A stretch of DNA of 63,341 nt, counting the filler, from Octopus bimaculoides (taxonomy: Eukaryota), in the NCBI RefSeq assembly GCF_001194135.2. It is 6 parts of 6 records of this genome, joined end to end, with 100 filler letters (N's around TTAATTAATTAA, not from the genome) between each part and the next. Parts side by side here need not be neighbours in the genome. Positions count along the whole stretch, not along the records: positions 10,497 to 22,176 come from NC_068984.1; positions 22,277 to 51,928 come from NC_068989.1; 4 more parts are not named here. One strand, given 5' to 3'. The translations under genes and the position numbers were made by a program. Below are positions 13,237 through 24,239 of the stretch, in pieces (position 1 is the stretch's first letter; the number at the start of each line of letters is the position of its first letter). The notes below the pieces were generated by a model, which saw only the letters and a program-made list of their open reading frames with translations, made no database searches and was not told where the DNA came from.

Positions 13237-14541
13237 CCTACTGCTATTATAATTATTACCTGTATTATTATTATTATTACTGTTATTATTTCCTTCAACC
13301 ATAATACCATTTAAATTCATCTCAGAATCATCAGGTATTGTGTCAGTAATCTCTGTGCTAGTATAAACATCGGAGTCACAGTCTATATTATACATATTAG
13401 ATGTGTTAGTACTGTAGTTCCTGATTCCTACATCTCCATTAATATTATCACCATTGTAGGGGGTTTAAACCAATATTGACAATACTAATATTATTATTAC
13501 TAATTCCTCTTGCTAATTTTACAACCTTTCTATTTAACCTGGCTATGATGATACCTATATTGGGGAGGGTAGAATACGATATTCTGATTGTCTTACGGGA
13601 AAATATTCTATTATATCTATGGGATGCAGGGAAGCTTTTATCTTAAATTGCTATAAATTTCGTATATATACTAGTTGATATAGCATAGTTGAAGGGAACA
13701 TTATAACGGACTATATTACTATTATCAGACTGCTTATGTATATGAGAGCGGAATCTGTCTACTCTTCTACCGCCTTCTAAACTCACAACTTGATTATTAG
13801 GTGTAGCTATACTATCTGTATTTTTCTTAACATTAGAGGGTGGCATAATCCGCTCAATCGTCTCTACTATTATTATATAAACTAATAGTCTTACTAGTTA
13901 TAGAATCTAATTTCATATTTTATTATTTGAATTGATGGGTTTGTTGAATGCTTTCACAGTAGGTCTGTTTTCCCGACTAAGTAGGCCTCTGTTCTTCCTC
14001 TCACTTAAATACTCATTATTTATATTATTAGTAGTGTTATACTTTCTGGGTTAAGAAAAGTGATCCCTTGGTTATATCCTGCCTTAGACAAAGCGAGATT
14101 ATAGCGGTGGGAATGATTATTAAAAATGTCTTTATTAACTAATAATTTCGTAATACTTTTAGAAATACTTTTGACTACTGATTTTAATACTTTTTTTTTG
14201 GCGTGGGTGGGGGGTGATTTGAGGATTTGTTCACATACCTCGTAACTTCACCCGGTTTCCTATAGGAGTAGTATAAGCCTGAGTTAATGCCTAACTTAGT
14301 GTCTAATAAATGTTCCACCTTTGTGCCATATTCAAACGTAATTCCTAAGTTAAAGCTTTTAAAAAGTTTTCTAATTTTTTTCCCTCATTCTTTCTATAAC
14401 TGATTTATTGTGGCTAGAGATAATGAATAATGCATCATCTCTATATAAACCTCTCTGCAATTCAGGGATTTCTCTATTAAGGCACTTTAAGAGATACGCA
14501 CCAACTAGATTAGTAATTTCAGCCGAGTCACTTAAGCCCGC
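11960..14541 (-). mobile_element. Penelope-like retroelement, 5'-truncated and degenerate: RT, thumb, Asn-rich linker, GIY-YIG and 3' UTR
   Basis: The minus strand gives, in order: DSAEITNLVGAYLL...GLYRDDAL (RT catalytic motif, ~14430); LLDTKL..NSGLYYSYRKPGEVTRYVNKSSNHP (thumb); NIVRYNVPFN..FPASHRYNRIFSRKTIRISYSTLPNI; CNCRVKPHCP*LGRCLIQNVVYKC...FIYI; KRIYNHFTS..*ELKD..IIRRAQPY...CENC; stop at 12660-12662. There are multiple stops and frameshifts, and the 3' boundary is approximate. Confidence 0.88.
13101..13282. repeat. (TTA)n/(TTG)n microsatellite inside the PLE linker
   Basis: Visible trinucleotide array; it reads as poly-Asn in the PLE frame. Confidence 0.95.
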
Positions 14542-14678
14542 ACACATATATATATACATGCATATATATATATACATGCATATATATNNNNNNNNNNNNN
14601 NNNNNNNNNNNNNNNNNNNNNNNNNNNNNNNNNNNNNNNNNNNNNNNNNNNNNNNNNNNNNNNNNNNNNNNNNNNNNN

Positions 14679-14717
<39 letters not shown>

Positions 14718-14929
14718 CACATATATACACATATATAAACACACACATATAGATGCATATAGATAAATGCATAAACCCAGACACATACGAAGGCAGACAC
14801 ACGCATACGCTCGCATATATATATATACACACACATACCCCCTACACACATATATACGCATATACATTCACATACACATACATATATACATATATATATA
14901 TACATACATATATCTATATACATATACAT

Positions 14930-15284
14930 AGCAGGATTGCAATTTCACACTGGCTGATTTTTTCTGAAGGCTCAAGGAAGTGAAGGCTAAATACGACCTG
15001 ACCTGGTCCATAATTAGACATGCGTATCCCTATAACACATTATCCCGGAAATGCCAGCAATGTTCCGAAGAGTCACTCAATATTATTAACATAGGTGCGT
15101 ATTATAAATGTGTGCTTGCATACAACTAAGCACACATTCACATACTACTATCTAAACCACGCTTAACTGATGCAAACCTAACACTCACAACTAGGATTAA
15201 TCCTCCTGAGTTAAAACCTCATATACTACAAAGGAACCATTTCCGAATAACAAGTATTTAGACATATAACTTTACAATCCCGCT
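14930..15284 (+). mobile_element. Penelope-like 3' fragment (GIY-YIG C-terminus plus UTR)
   Basis: LADFF*RLKEVKAKYDLTWSIIRHAYPYNTLSRKCQQCSEESLNII resembles the fragment at 27125-27434. Flanked by TA-rich microsatellites. Confidence 0.75.
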
Positions 15285-15536
15285 GTGCATATGTATATAG
15301 ATATATGTATCTATATATGTATGTGTATTTGAATGCATATGTGTAGATGTATGTGTGTCTGTGTGCGTGTGCGTGTGTGTCTATCTTCGTGTGTGTGTAT
15401 GTGTCTGGGTTTATGTACGTATCTACTTGCCTCTACATGTATGCTTGTTATATGTATGTATGTGTATATGCGGATGTGTATTTATATATGTGTTTGTGNN
15501 NNNNNNNNAAATAAGCAACAGGATATCAAGTAGTGA

Positions 15537-15625
15537 TGCAGTACGGCCGTTTCAAGCAGCGGTTCCATTGAATTGAACAATGCAATCATTACATCAATTT
15601 AAATGCGATGACATCTTCAGCTGCA
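15537..15625 (-). ncRNA. Type I hammerhead ribozyme motif with decayed stem II
   Basis: Minus strand: TGCAG-CTGAAGA-[stem II region]-GAAAC-GGCC-GTA-CTGCA. Stem I is a perfect 5 bp, stem III is the palindrome ACGGCCGT and the cleavage triplet is GUA. Confidence 0.7.
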
Positions 15626-15672
15626 CAAATAAATTAATAGAATTTTAAGAAGTAGCACACATTAGAATATTC

Positions 15673-15792
15673 TTTTCGCAAATATTTTAACAGAGTAAGA
15701 AGATGGAAGGAATTCATGTTGTCGCTATTCTTAGCTGCAATAGCGACAACATAAATATCTTCCATCTTGCTGTGTTAAAATATTTGAGAAAA
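15673..15792. repeat. Long imperfect palindrome (fold-back/MITE-like)
   Basis: Arms of about 55 nt around the loop CTTAGCTGC. The inner ATGTTGTCGCTATT/AATAGCGACAACAT is a perfect 14 bp. Confidence 0.9.
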
Positions 15793-15804
15793 ATTATATT
15801 AACG

Positions 15805-15915
15805 GTTCAGCCAAAAAGAATGGTAGAATAAATACTAGGCTTACAAAGAATAAGTCCTGGGGTCGATTTGTTCGGCTAAAGGCGGTGCTCCAGCATGACT
15901 TAAACAAGTGAAAGA
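15805..15915 (+). mobile_element. SINE family A, 3' tail fragment
   Basis: TACTAGGCTTACAAAGAATAAGTCCTGGGGTCGATTTG..GGCGGTGCTCCAGCATG is shared with other copies. Confidence 0.85.
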
Positions 15916-15984
15916 ATAAAAGAACATATATACATACACATATATACATGTATGCACACACACTCACTCACAAACACACACATG

Positions 15985-16072
15985 CACGCCCGCACACACG
16001 CCCGCACACACGCCCGCACACACGCCCGCACACACGCCCGCACACACGCCCGCACACACGCCCGCACACACG
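15985..16072. repeat. 12-bp minisatellite (GCACACACGCCC)x6 plus partial units
   Basis: Six perfect units at 15992-16063. Confidence 0.95.
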
Positions 16073-16910
16073 CACACACATACATATATGTGTTAAAGAG
16101 CCTGAAGTTTCAGAATAGAAATTCATAAGAATCTCGTTTGCACAAACTTTTTCTTCCGAAATTCAGATTCGGACTTTTTATTTTATATTAAAAGACATGT
16201 TAGTCGAGTTTACATTACAATTACGTTATATGAGGTTTGTTCTCTTCTGGTATATCAACATATACAAGAATATATTCTATTTTTGAATGAATTATTTCTT
16301 AGTTCTTTCTATGGGAGTGATTTCAAGTTGTTATTAACTTTGGCACAATGAACTAGTTCTTTGACCTTGCAATTTCATAAAATTGGATATTTGTTAGTGC
16401 TAATACTTTAAGAGCTAGATGCATTTAGTTATTAGAATACGGTAACGTTTATGCAAAGATATGAGTAGTGAAATATGTCGATTTTAATAATATCTATTGA
16501 TAACTTTTGTTCGGAGTAAAAATGATACATGAAAACCTTGAAGAAAAATTCAACTGTAGGTGCTGATAAATATAAACAGGATGGCTGACCGCCAGCCTAT
16601 AGGTCCTGCTCATGTGTGTAGACGTACCGCTTTTTTAAAATAAAATGTTAATACCCTACACCTACAAATACCTTTATATTTGCTCTGCTGACACACATTT
16701 TAATGTCACTAAATTCATAATGGAAATCTATGAAATAGTGAGATGCGTGTATGAGACATTCACTTCAGAATTTGCGAGAATGGGAAAGCATTGGGAGATT
16801 TACTTTCTCTTCTTTTCTTTAAAAACTTCTTTCAGTTCGAATCATTTAGTGAAAATATTCAACGAATATACTATTTCATATTAAATATGCTCATGCATAC
16901 ACACATACAC

Positions 16911-17333
16911 TTTTATTTGTTTCAGTTATTTGACTGCGGCCATACTGGAGCACCGCATTTGGTCGAACAAATCGAAACCAGAACTTATTCTTTGTAAGTC
17001 TTTTTCCGAACCACTAGGTTACGGGGATGTAATCAAACCAGCATCGGTTGTCAAGCGATGGTGGGAGGACAAACACACACACACACACGCATACACACAC
17101 ACAAACACACACACACACACACACACATATAAACACACTCACACACACACGCATATATATATATATATATATATATATACGACGGGCTTTCTGTTTCTGT
17201 CTACCAAATCCACTCACAAGGCTTTGGTCAGCCCACGATTATAGTAGACGAAACCTGCCCAAGGTGCCACGCAATGGGACTGAACCCGGAACCATATGGT
17301 TGGTAAGCAAGTTACTTAACACACAACCGCTTG
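16911..17333 (-). mobile_element. tRNA-derived SINE family A, near full length, with internal microsatellite
   Basis: Minus strand: tRNA-like head with B-box GGTTCAGTCCC, then a CORE-like motif CCTTGGGCAG, an internal (TA)/(TG) array and the tail GGTGCTCCAGTATGGCCGCAGTC. The relationship to the known octopus OK/OR SINE families needs a Dfam/Repbase search. Confidence 0.88.
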
Positions 17334-17764
17334 CATTATATATATACTAATAGATAACAGTATTTAATATGATCTTAAATGGGCTATAACTGCTTCTGAA
17401 CTGACTTACAAAGTCAATAATAAAAAATGTTATGTTTGTATAACTGAGGTTTTTGTATTCTTAAATCTAGGAATACTCTAGTTAATCTGAGAAACGAGGA
17501 AAGTATTTCCTGTGCTCATCCGGGAAAATATGTGTTTTCCAAATTTAAATAATTAATTTATTATCTCTCTCACTGAAATACCTGTATATTCCCCTCGAGT
17601 CCCTAGCTCCACTAATATAAATTACCTCCCCTCTAATTACCAACTAACTAAACTACCATTAGTATTAATATTTACCTCTTACACTTCTATTACATCTACT
17701 TTTAGCATAATTTTATAAATATTACCTCTAGTAATTAACATCTTGTACACACCATGAGTAATTT

Positions 17765-18333
17765 CCTACTAACACTTGAGCTTATACAACTGCTAACTTT
17801 TATAACTGTTTGACCATCATTCTAACACTTGAATAGACACACTTGGTTATATTTATATCTGTTTGACCATTATTCACAAAACTAATTTTCATTAATAACA
17901 ATATTAACACAACTTTAACTACAAAATAATGCCTGATATGCACGCACATTTTTATATTCATATATTTTATATATTTATATGTTCTTATTTACATATATTC
18001 ATGTAGATTATTTAATTAAATTATTATCTATATTATTATATTACATCTACACTACACCTTTATTTATTTTCATTTTATACCAATTACCCCAAATAACTAA
18101 CCTATTATACACACCACGAGAAACCTTCTACCAATATTTGAGCATACCCAAATGCTAACTTTTATAACTATTTGACTTTTATTCTAACCTTTTGAATAGA
18201 CACACTTGGTAACTCGTACATCATTTTGACTATTATTCACACAACTACCTTCAATTAATAACCAAATTAACACACTCTTAACAACAAAACAATGCCTGAT
18301 ATGCACTCGCATTTTTATATTTATGTATTTTAT
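17765..18333. repeat. Diverged direct duplication, about 205 bp, period about 362
   Basis: TGCTAACTTTTATAACT (17791/18153), GAATAGACACACTTGGT and AATGCCTGATATGCAC (17928/18291) each occur twice. Confidence 0.85.
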
Positions 18334-18750
18334 GCCTTTATTCTTTTATATTAATATACATGCCTATATGTATGTACATGTAGATGGATATGACTGAGTG
18401 CGGATAGATTGCCAGTACAGACATATATGTGCACATATGTGTGTGCATGCGTATGGGCACATGTGAGTATATGTGTATATGTGTGTATGGATGGATATAT
18501 ATGTACAGATCTATGTGCAGGTGCATTTATATGCATGTGACTGTGTGTATAGGTTGCCAGTGTAGACATTTGTGTGTGTGCACGTATATGGGCACATATG
18601 AGTACATGTGTATATGTATGTATGGATATATGTGCAAATATATGTGCAAGTGCATTTAAATATGTGAATATATTTGTGTGCTATAATCTATGTATATTTG
18701 TACCCATATATATGGATGTGAATGCATATGTTTTTGTACCTTTTTCGCTG

Positions 18751-18819
18751 GCCAGATAACTGAAGAGATGGGGCGTGAGTTTCCGCCCCGACATCCGAAA
18801 CTCGGAGTTTTATCATGGC
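18751..18819 (+). ncRNA. Type I hammerhead ribozyme motif, near intact
   Basis: GCCAGATAA-CTGAAGA-GATGGGGCG..CGCCCCGACATCC-GAAAC-TCGGA-GTT-TTATCATGGC. Stem I is 9 bp with one bulge, stem II is GC-rich and stem III is near-palindromic (ACTC-G-GAGT). Confidence 0.8.
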
Positions 18820-19089
18820 TACCGAATAATTGTCACATATTATTTACACATAAATTCCTCTATTTACATAATATCGAGGTCTCTTTCTTTCTTTTGTTGT
18901 CTTACCTTTTCTATCAATACACACACACACACACATATATATATATACACCAATATAGGCATATATGCGCGTGTACATACGCATACGCACACATACCCGT
19001 GTATACATACAAATGTATGTGTGTATACACACACTTTTATAAATACATACACGCATACACATGCATATGTACAATAATATATATATCAT

Positions 19090-19547
19090 ATAAACTTATC
19101 CGTTTTCTTGAGTTTTCCACTTTTTTAAAGGTGTCCAAAAATAGTTGTCCAAGATGTTTGGAGTTCTGATGAAAGTTTTCGAACCTTTGTTCTCGGATTT
19201 TTTTCAACCAAAAGATTTAATCCATCTCATGTCAACTGATTTTGGTCTACCCCTTGGTTTATTTTCAAGGTTATCATCTAGAAAAGAGCTTTGGAACCAT
19301 CTCTTAACAGGTCTGATGTCAACAAAGTCATTACCAAAGGCTCGCTTGATATTCCGCAGAGCTTCAATCACTCAACATAATTTGCCTGTTATCATTTTCA
19401 TAAGGTCTGTGGGTACGAGTTTTGTACAGCAATATTGGTGGGAAAGAAAAAGTATCAAGATTAACTGCAAGGAATACATAATTGAGTTTTTAATTGAGTG
19501 AAATAACAAGTAATTAAAAATGCGACATTTCATGTGAAACAGCTTAA
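19090..19547 (-). mobile_element. Mariner 5' half (TIR plus N-terminal HTH), degenerate
   Basis: Minus strand has TA followed by TTAAGCTGTTTCACATGAAATGTCGCATTTTT (TIR-like). The peptide EALRNIKRAFGNDFVDIRPVKRWFQ...LENKPRGRPKSVD is the mariner HTH region. Confidence 0.78.
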
Positions 19548-19575
19548 TATACATACATACATACAAACATCCATA

Positions 19576-19629
<54 letters not shown>

Positions 19630-19962
19630 NNNNNNNNNNNNNNNNNNNNNNNNNNNNNNNNNNNNNNNNNNNNNNNNNNNNNNNNNNNNNNNNNNNNNNN
19701 NNNNNNNNNNNNNNNNNNNNNNNNNNNNNNNNNNNNNNNNNNNNNNNNNNNNNNNNNNNNNNNNNNNNNNNNNNNNNNNNNNNNNNNNNNNNNNNNNNNN
19801 NNNNNNNNNNNNNNNNNNNNNNNNNNNNNNNNNNNNNNNNNNNNNNNNNNNNNNNNNNNNNNNNNNNNNNNNNNNNNNNNNNNNNNNNNNNNNNNNNNNN
19901 NNNNNNNNNNNNNNNNNNNNNNNNNNNNNNNNNNNNNNNNNNNNNNNNNNNNNNNNNNNNNN

Positions 19963-20044
<82 letters not shown>

Positions 20045-20059
20045 TTTATATTTGTATGT

Positions 20060-20160
20060 TTGTGTCTGTGTTTGTCTCTTCACCATCATTTGAGAACCGA
20101 TGTTGGTGTGTTTACGCCCCCTTAATCTAGTGGTTCAGCAAATGGGTCTGATAGAATAAG
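20060..20160 (+). mobile_element. SINE family A internal segment, cut by a mariner insertion
   Basis: GTGTCTGTGTTTGTC..AACCGATGTTGGTGTGTTTACG..GATAGAATAAGTA ends exactly at the mariner TA target. Confidence 0.8.
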
Positions 20161-21040
20161 TATGGGGTCATCACATAAATAATGCGGTTTTTTCAATTCC
20201 ATAGGCTAAAAGTTGGAGTGGGACAGGATAAATAATCTGCATCAACCTGCTATAAAAGCAGGTAGTAATTTTACCTTGCACCTGTTCTTTGTGCAAGTTT
20301 TGAAGAGTTCAATTCGATTTTAGCAGTTATTTTCTCAAAGGTATAATGGAACTGACAAAAGAGCATATTCGGCTTATTTTGCTTTATGAATTCAATAAAG
20401 GCAACAACGCAACGGAAATTGCGAGGAATATTAATGCAGTATATGGGGATCTGGCGATAAGCGTAAATCAGTGTCAATGTTGGTTCCAGAAACCCCGAGC
20501 CCAAAACTACTGCCTAGAAGACAAGCCTCGTTCTGGACGTCCTGCAAGCTTTGGGGGAACGAAGCCCGTCGAAACTGTTGAGGAACTAGTTGAGAAGCTT
20601 GGATTTGGTCGTCAACCATTCATTAACAACTGTGTGCCAATGAAAAGTCAGAAAATTGGGTCAATGGGCTCCTCACAAACATTTTTCATTCTAATCGCAC
20701 GCAGAGAGTAAATGTGTGCTCTTCTTTGCTGCCACGTCTCACGAATGAACCATTTTTGGACCGAATAGTGACTGGTGACGAGAAATAGGGTCTCTGTGAA
20801 AATGTGAAGCGCCGAAGACAGTGTGTAGGGAAAGGAGAAACACCGGCACCGCAGGCTAAAGAAGATCTTCACCCATGTAAGGTGTTGTTATCTCATTGGT
20901 GGGATATGAAAGGTTTAGTTCCCTTTGAACTTTTAAACTCAAACCAAACTATAAGAAAGGAGATTTGCGTGCAACTTGAGCAGCTTAAGTCATCTCTAGA
21001 AGAAAAACGCCAATCTTTGGTTTCAAAACGAAATTTCGCT
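20161..21040 (+). mobile_element. Mariner transposon copy 1 (5' TIR, 3'-truncated, pseudogenised transposase)
   Basis: TIR TGGGGTCATCACATAAATAATGCGG; MELTKEHIRLILLYEFNKGNNATEIARNINAVYG..LEDKPRSGRP; IVTGDEK; DLHPCKVLLSHWWDMKG. Same family as 47868-49117. Confidence 0.92.
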
Positions 21041-22276
21041 CGCAAAATCTACTTAGGCACGATCTGTATTTTCCCATAAAAACATCTGACTTTTTCTGTA
21101 CCTTACTGTATCAAATTAAGCTTTATACCGTGAAATATATGATGATAAAAACATTGCTGCTACACGTGAAATTGGATAAAGAGTGCTTTGGAACTTGACG
21201 TCAGTATGCGTTTTAAGTTATATGACATTATAGATATTCAACAGAAATCTCTTTTTTATCGATTTTCATATGTAAATAATGATAAAAAGAATATTTATTG
21301 TTAAAACATTTTTGACATGTAATTGTACTTACAAATAGTTAACAATTTTATAGACCGCATGCTATAAAGATTGAAAGTTGAAGGGTAATACTTAAAATTT
21401 AAAACGGATTAGCGAATAAAATATATATGTGCTGCTCGTATAAAGTTTGAAAAAACGAAACGCTCATGAAATGAATATCTCATTATTAACAGTCTATATA
21501 TATATAGTTATATACAAAGAGCTGGAAATGATTGGAGCAAATAATTCGAGAACAAAATGTCTTTAAAGTAAATTCGTTGTTTTCGTATCATTTAGGCGTT
21601 TCGTAAAAAAAGATAAAAGAGAGGAAGAAAAAAAAGCTTCTGACAAATTTGTATTTAGTATAGTTATCGATTTGCATGACGGGATATGACACGCTTTGTA
21701 CAGTGAGTCAAGTAGTTTCATTGAAATGTACGTCCATAAACGTCGAGTAACTCTCAACGGAGCTTCTTGTTAATTTCATGCCTAAGTCTTCTTTGAAATG
21801 TCAAGACAGTTGAGGGCTGGGAGAAAGAAATGAGAATTGTTTGATGGCTGATTAACTTTGGAATGAAATGTCATTTTCTACCATAGCTTCCGGTGGGGGG
21901 GGGGTGTAGAAATGATATATATCGTAATGAGCTACGTAAATGTTTTTATTTGGTTACAGTGTTTTCACTCTCCGTTTAGTTCCCACATTTTAAGTTTTCG
22001 AGTCACCGAATATGTTAATATGTAAACGAAGTGGTTTATTGAGTTTATTGCAATATATATGATGTTAGTGAATGGACTAAAGAACTATTTAAGTAATATG
22101 CATGTATATATGTATACATGTGTGTGTGTCTATGTATATATATATATATATATATACATACATACATATATATATANNNNNNNNNNNNNNNNNNNNNNNN
22201 NNNNNNNNNNNNNNNNNNNNTTAATTAATTAANNNNNNNNNNNNNNNNNNNNNNNNNNNNNNNNNNNNNNNNNNNN

Positions 22277-22309
<33 letters not shown>

Positions 22310-22635
22310 TTTATGTACATGAATATATATTTTTTGTGTACTATTCATATGTGTGTGTATATTATGTGTCAGAGAGCCTAATTGTGTGCTTGTGCAATGT
22401 GTGTATATACATACATACATACATACATACATACATACATACATAAATAATCATATACACTTACTGCTTTGCTGGATATCCTTAAAACATCGGTGATAAA
22501 ATAATTTCCTCTGATGACGCACTTGCCACAAGCAATACGTGGATATTTTAATGGAACTTCGATGCACAGATATTTATCTAATCACAAAACATATGTTCAT
22601 TTGCAACACATCTTTAAAGACTGATACATTTTAAC

Positions 22636-22704
<69 letters not shown>

Positions 22705-22705
22705 G
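22636..22705. repeat. (GATA)n microsatellite
   Basis: About 17 perfect units. Confidence 0.95.
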
Positions 22706-24039
22706 CATTGCATTGAAAACATGATCGTTATCTAGTCATTTTTTTTTTCCTGATTTCATTGTAGATTTTTCGTGAAATAAATATTTCTAAATCCATCATC
22801 AAAGTTTCTAGACTTTCATTTTCTCGTCCGCCAAATGAAGTGATGTTTGAGCGAATTTTACAGCTTTTATCTTAAAAGTACCGGGTATAGGATCAGTGTT
22901 GACTTTATCACTGTAATATTGAACTTGACCATTGAATTTAACCGTTAAAACTCAGTTGTTTGCATTTGATTATGATGAGAGTATACTGTTTGTATGTTTT
23001 TTTCAGCATTCCGCCGGATTATGAAAACGGCATACGTTATCACATATGCATATTTTTGTGAGGAAGTCTATATATGTGCAGAACTGCTGTCTCCTATGAA
23101 GTGGTGAAGTTTAGTGCTTTTTCTCTTTATTGTAGGTGGATTGCAAGCCGGAAGGTTGTTGCCGTACGTTCATGAACAATATAACAGTTGGAGTCGTAAA
23201 CATTATAACTTTCACCCCATCAATCACATTACTTACAACACACAACACAAAATTACATAGGAAAACATTAATGAACAACGCATCTATACTCGTAAGAATA
23301 CTCAACATAAATAAACGATTAATACTAATAGCACTACACTCTGTTAAAATAAATGCTCAATATAACAGAGACTAGTTGCAAAAAGTATTATACTATTGAG
23401 AGGTTATATTAATATCTTACAATCAAAATTATTCAAATAGCACCAGTAATATCTACACTGATCACATCAGCCCCGACTGTAATTAAGCAGCATCATACTT
23501 CAGACTTCCCTTCTTTTGAAGATGAGAAGCTGAAGGTCTAGAAGCAGTGTTTAAATACAATATTATTCCAAACAGATGGCAAGGAAATGGTGGAAAGGCA
23601 GGAAGAAACTTTGATAAAAAAAGAATCGCGTTTTCAAATTTATAATTATAAAAGAAAAGCTGTTCCTCTTATCTAAAAATATAAAACTGCACGATAAAAA
23701 GAGAAAAACGAAAAATCTACCACGGATTCTAGAACCCATTGATCAAAAACAAATAGCATAGCACTCATAGTATATNNNNNNNNNNTACATATACGTATAT
23801 ATACATATAATATGTATATATATATGCATTTAAATATATGCACGCACGTGTGTGTGGGGGGTGTATCTAGTGTAGTGGTGGTCTGTGCATGTGAACCTTC
23901 TTCAGAACTCACTATACGGCTTGGGAAGACTCGCACTCTCTTCTTCCGCCGGTAAGTATATTCGTGGAACTTCAGAAACATGACTAGACTTGCGGTGGAT
24001 ACTGGAGTAGCTTCCCATTGCCTTCTCGAAACATGTGGG

Positions 24040-24222
24040 ATTGGAACTCAGAATATAGAGAGCCGGGTGGTATCCCGTAAAGCATTTTTGTCCGACGCGC
24101 TAACTATTCTGCCTGTCTTCCAATCGCAAAGCAACATGAAATATGTTTTGCTCATTTCGGGAATAGAACCAACGATCTATCGATCGTGAGTGCAACACGC
24201 TATCTGATAGGCAACGCACCTA
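24040..24222 (-). mobile_element. Two adjacent truncated tRNA-derived SINE heads
   Basis: Minus strand: GGTGCGTTGCC..GTTGCACTCACGATCG..GGTTCTATTCC, followed by a family B head (GGCAGAATAGTTAGCGCGTCGG..TTCTGAGTTCCAATCC). Confidence 0.6.
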
Positions 24223-24239
24223 ATGTATGTGTATATATC

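Noticed and set aside
16250-16480. Possible minus-strand PLE endonuclease relic (..HCAKVNNNLKSLP..FIQK)
   Set aside because: It is too degraded to support by eye and needs a profile search.
22505-22560. CTGATGA followed by a small hairpin (CTTG-CCA-CAAG)
   Set aside because: There is no GAAA or stem III downstream, so it is not counted as a hammerhead.
23900-23960. Strong donor CCG|GTAAGT with a possible 46-nt micro-exon
   Set aside because: Splice-like motifs occur often by chance and none of the three frames gives a recognisable peptide.
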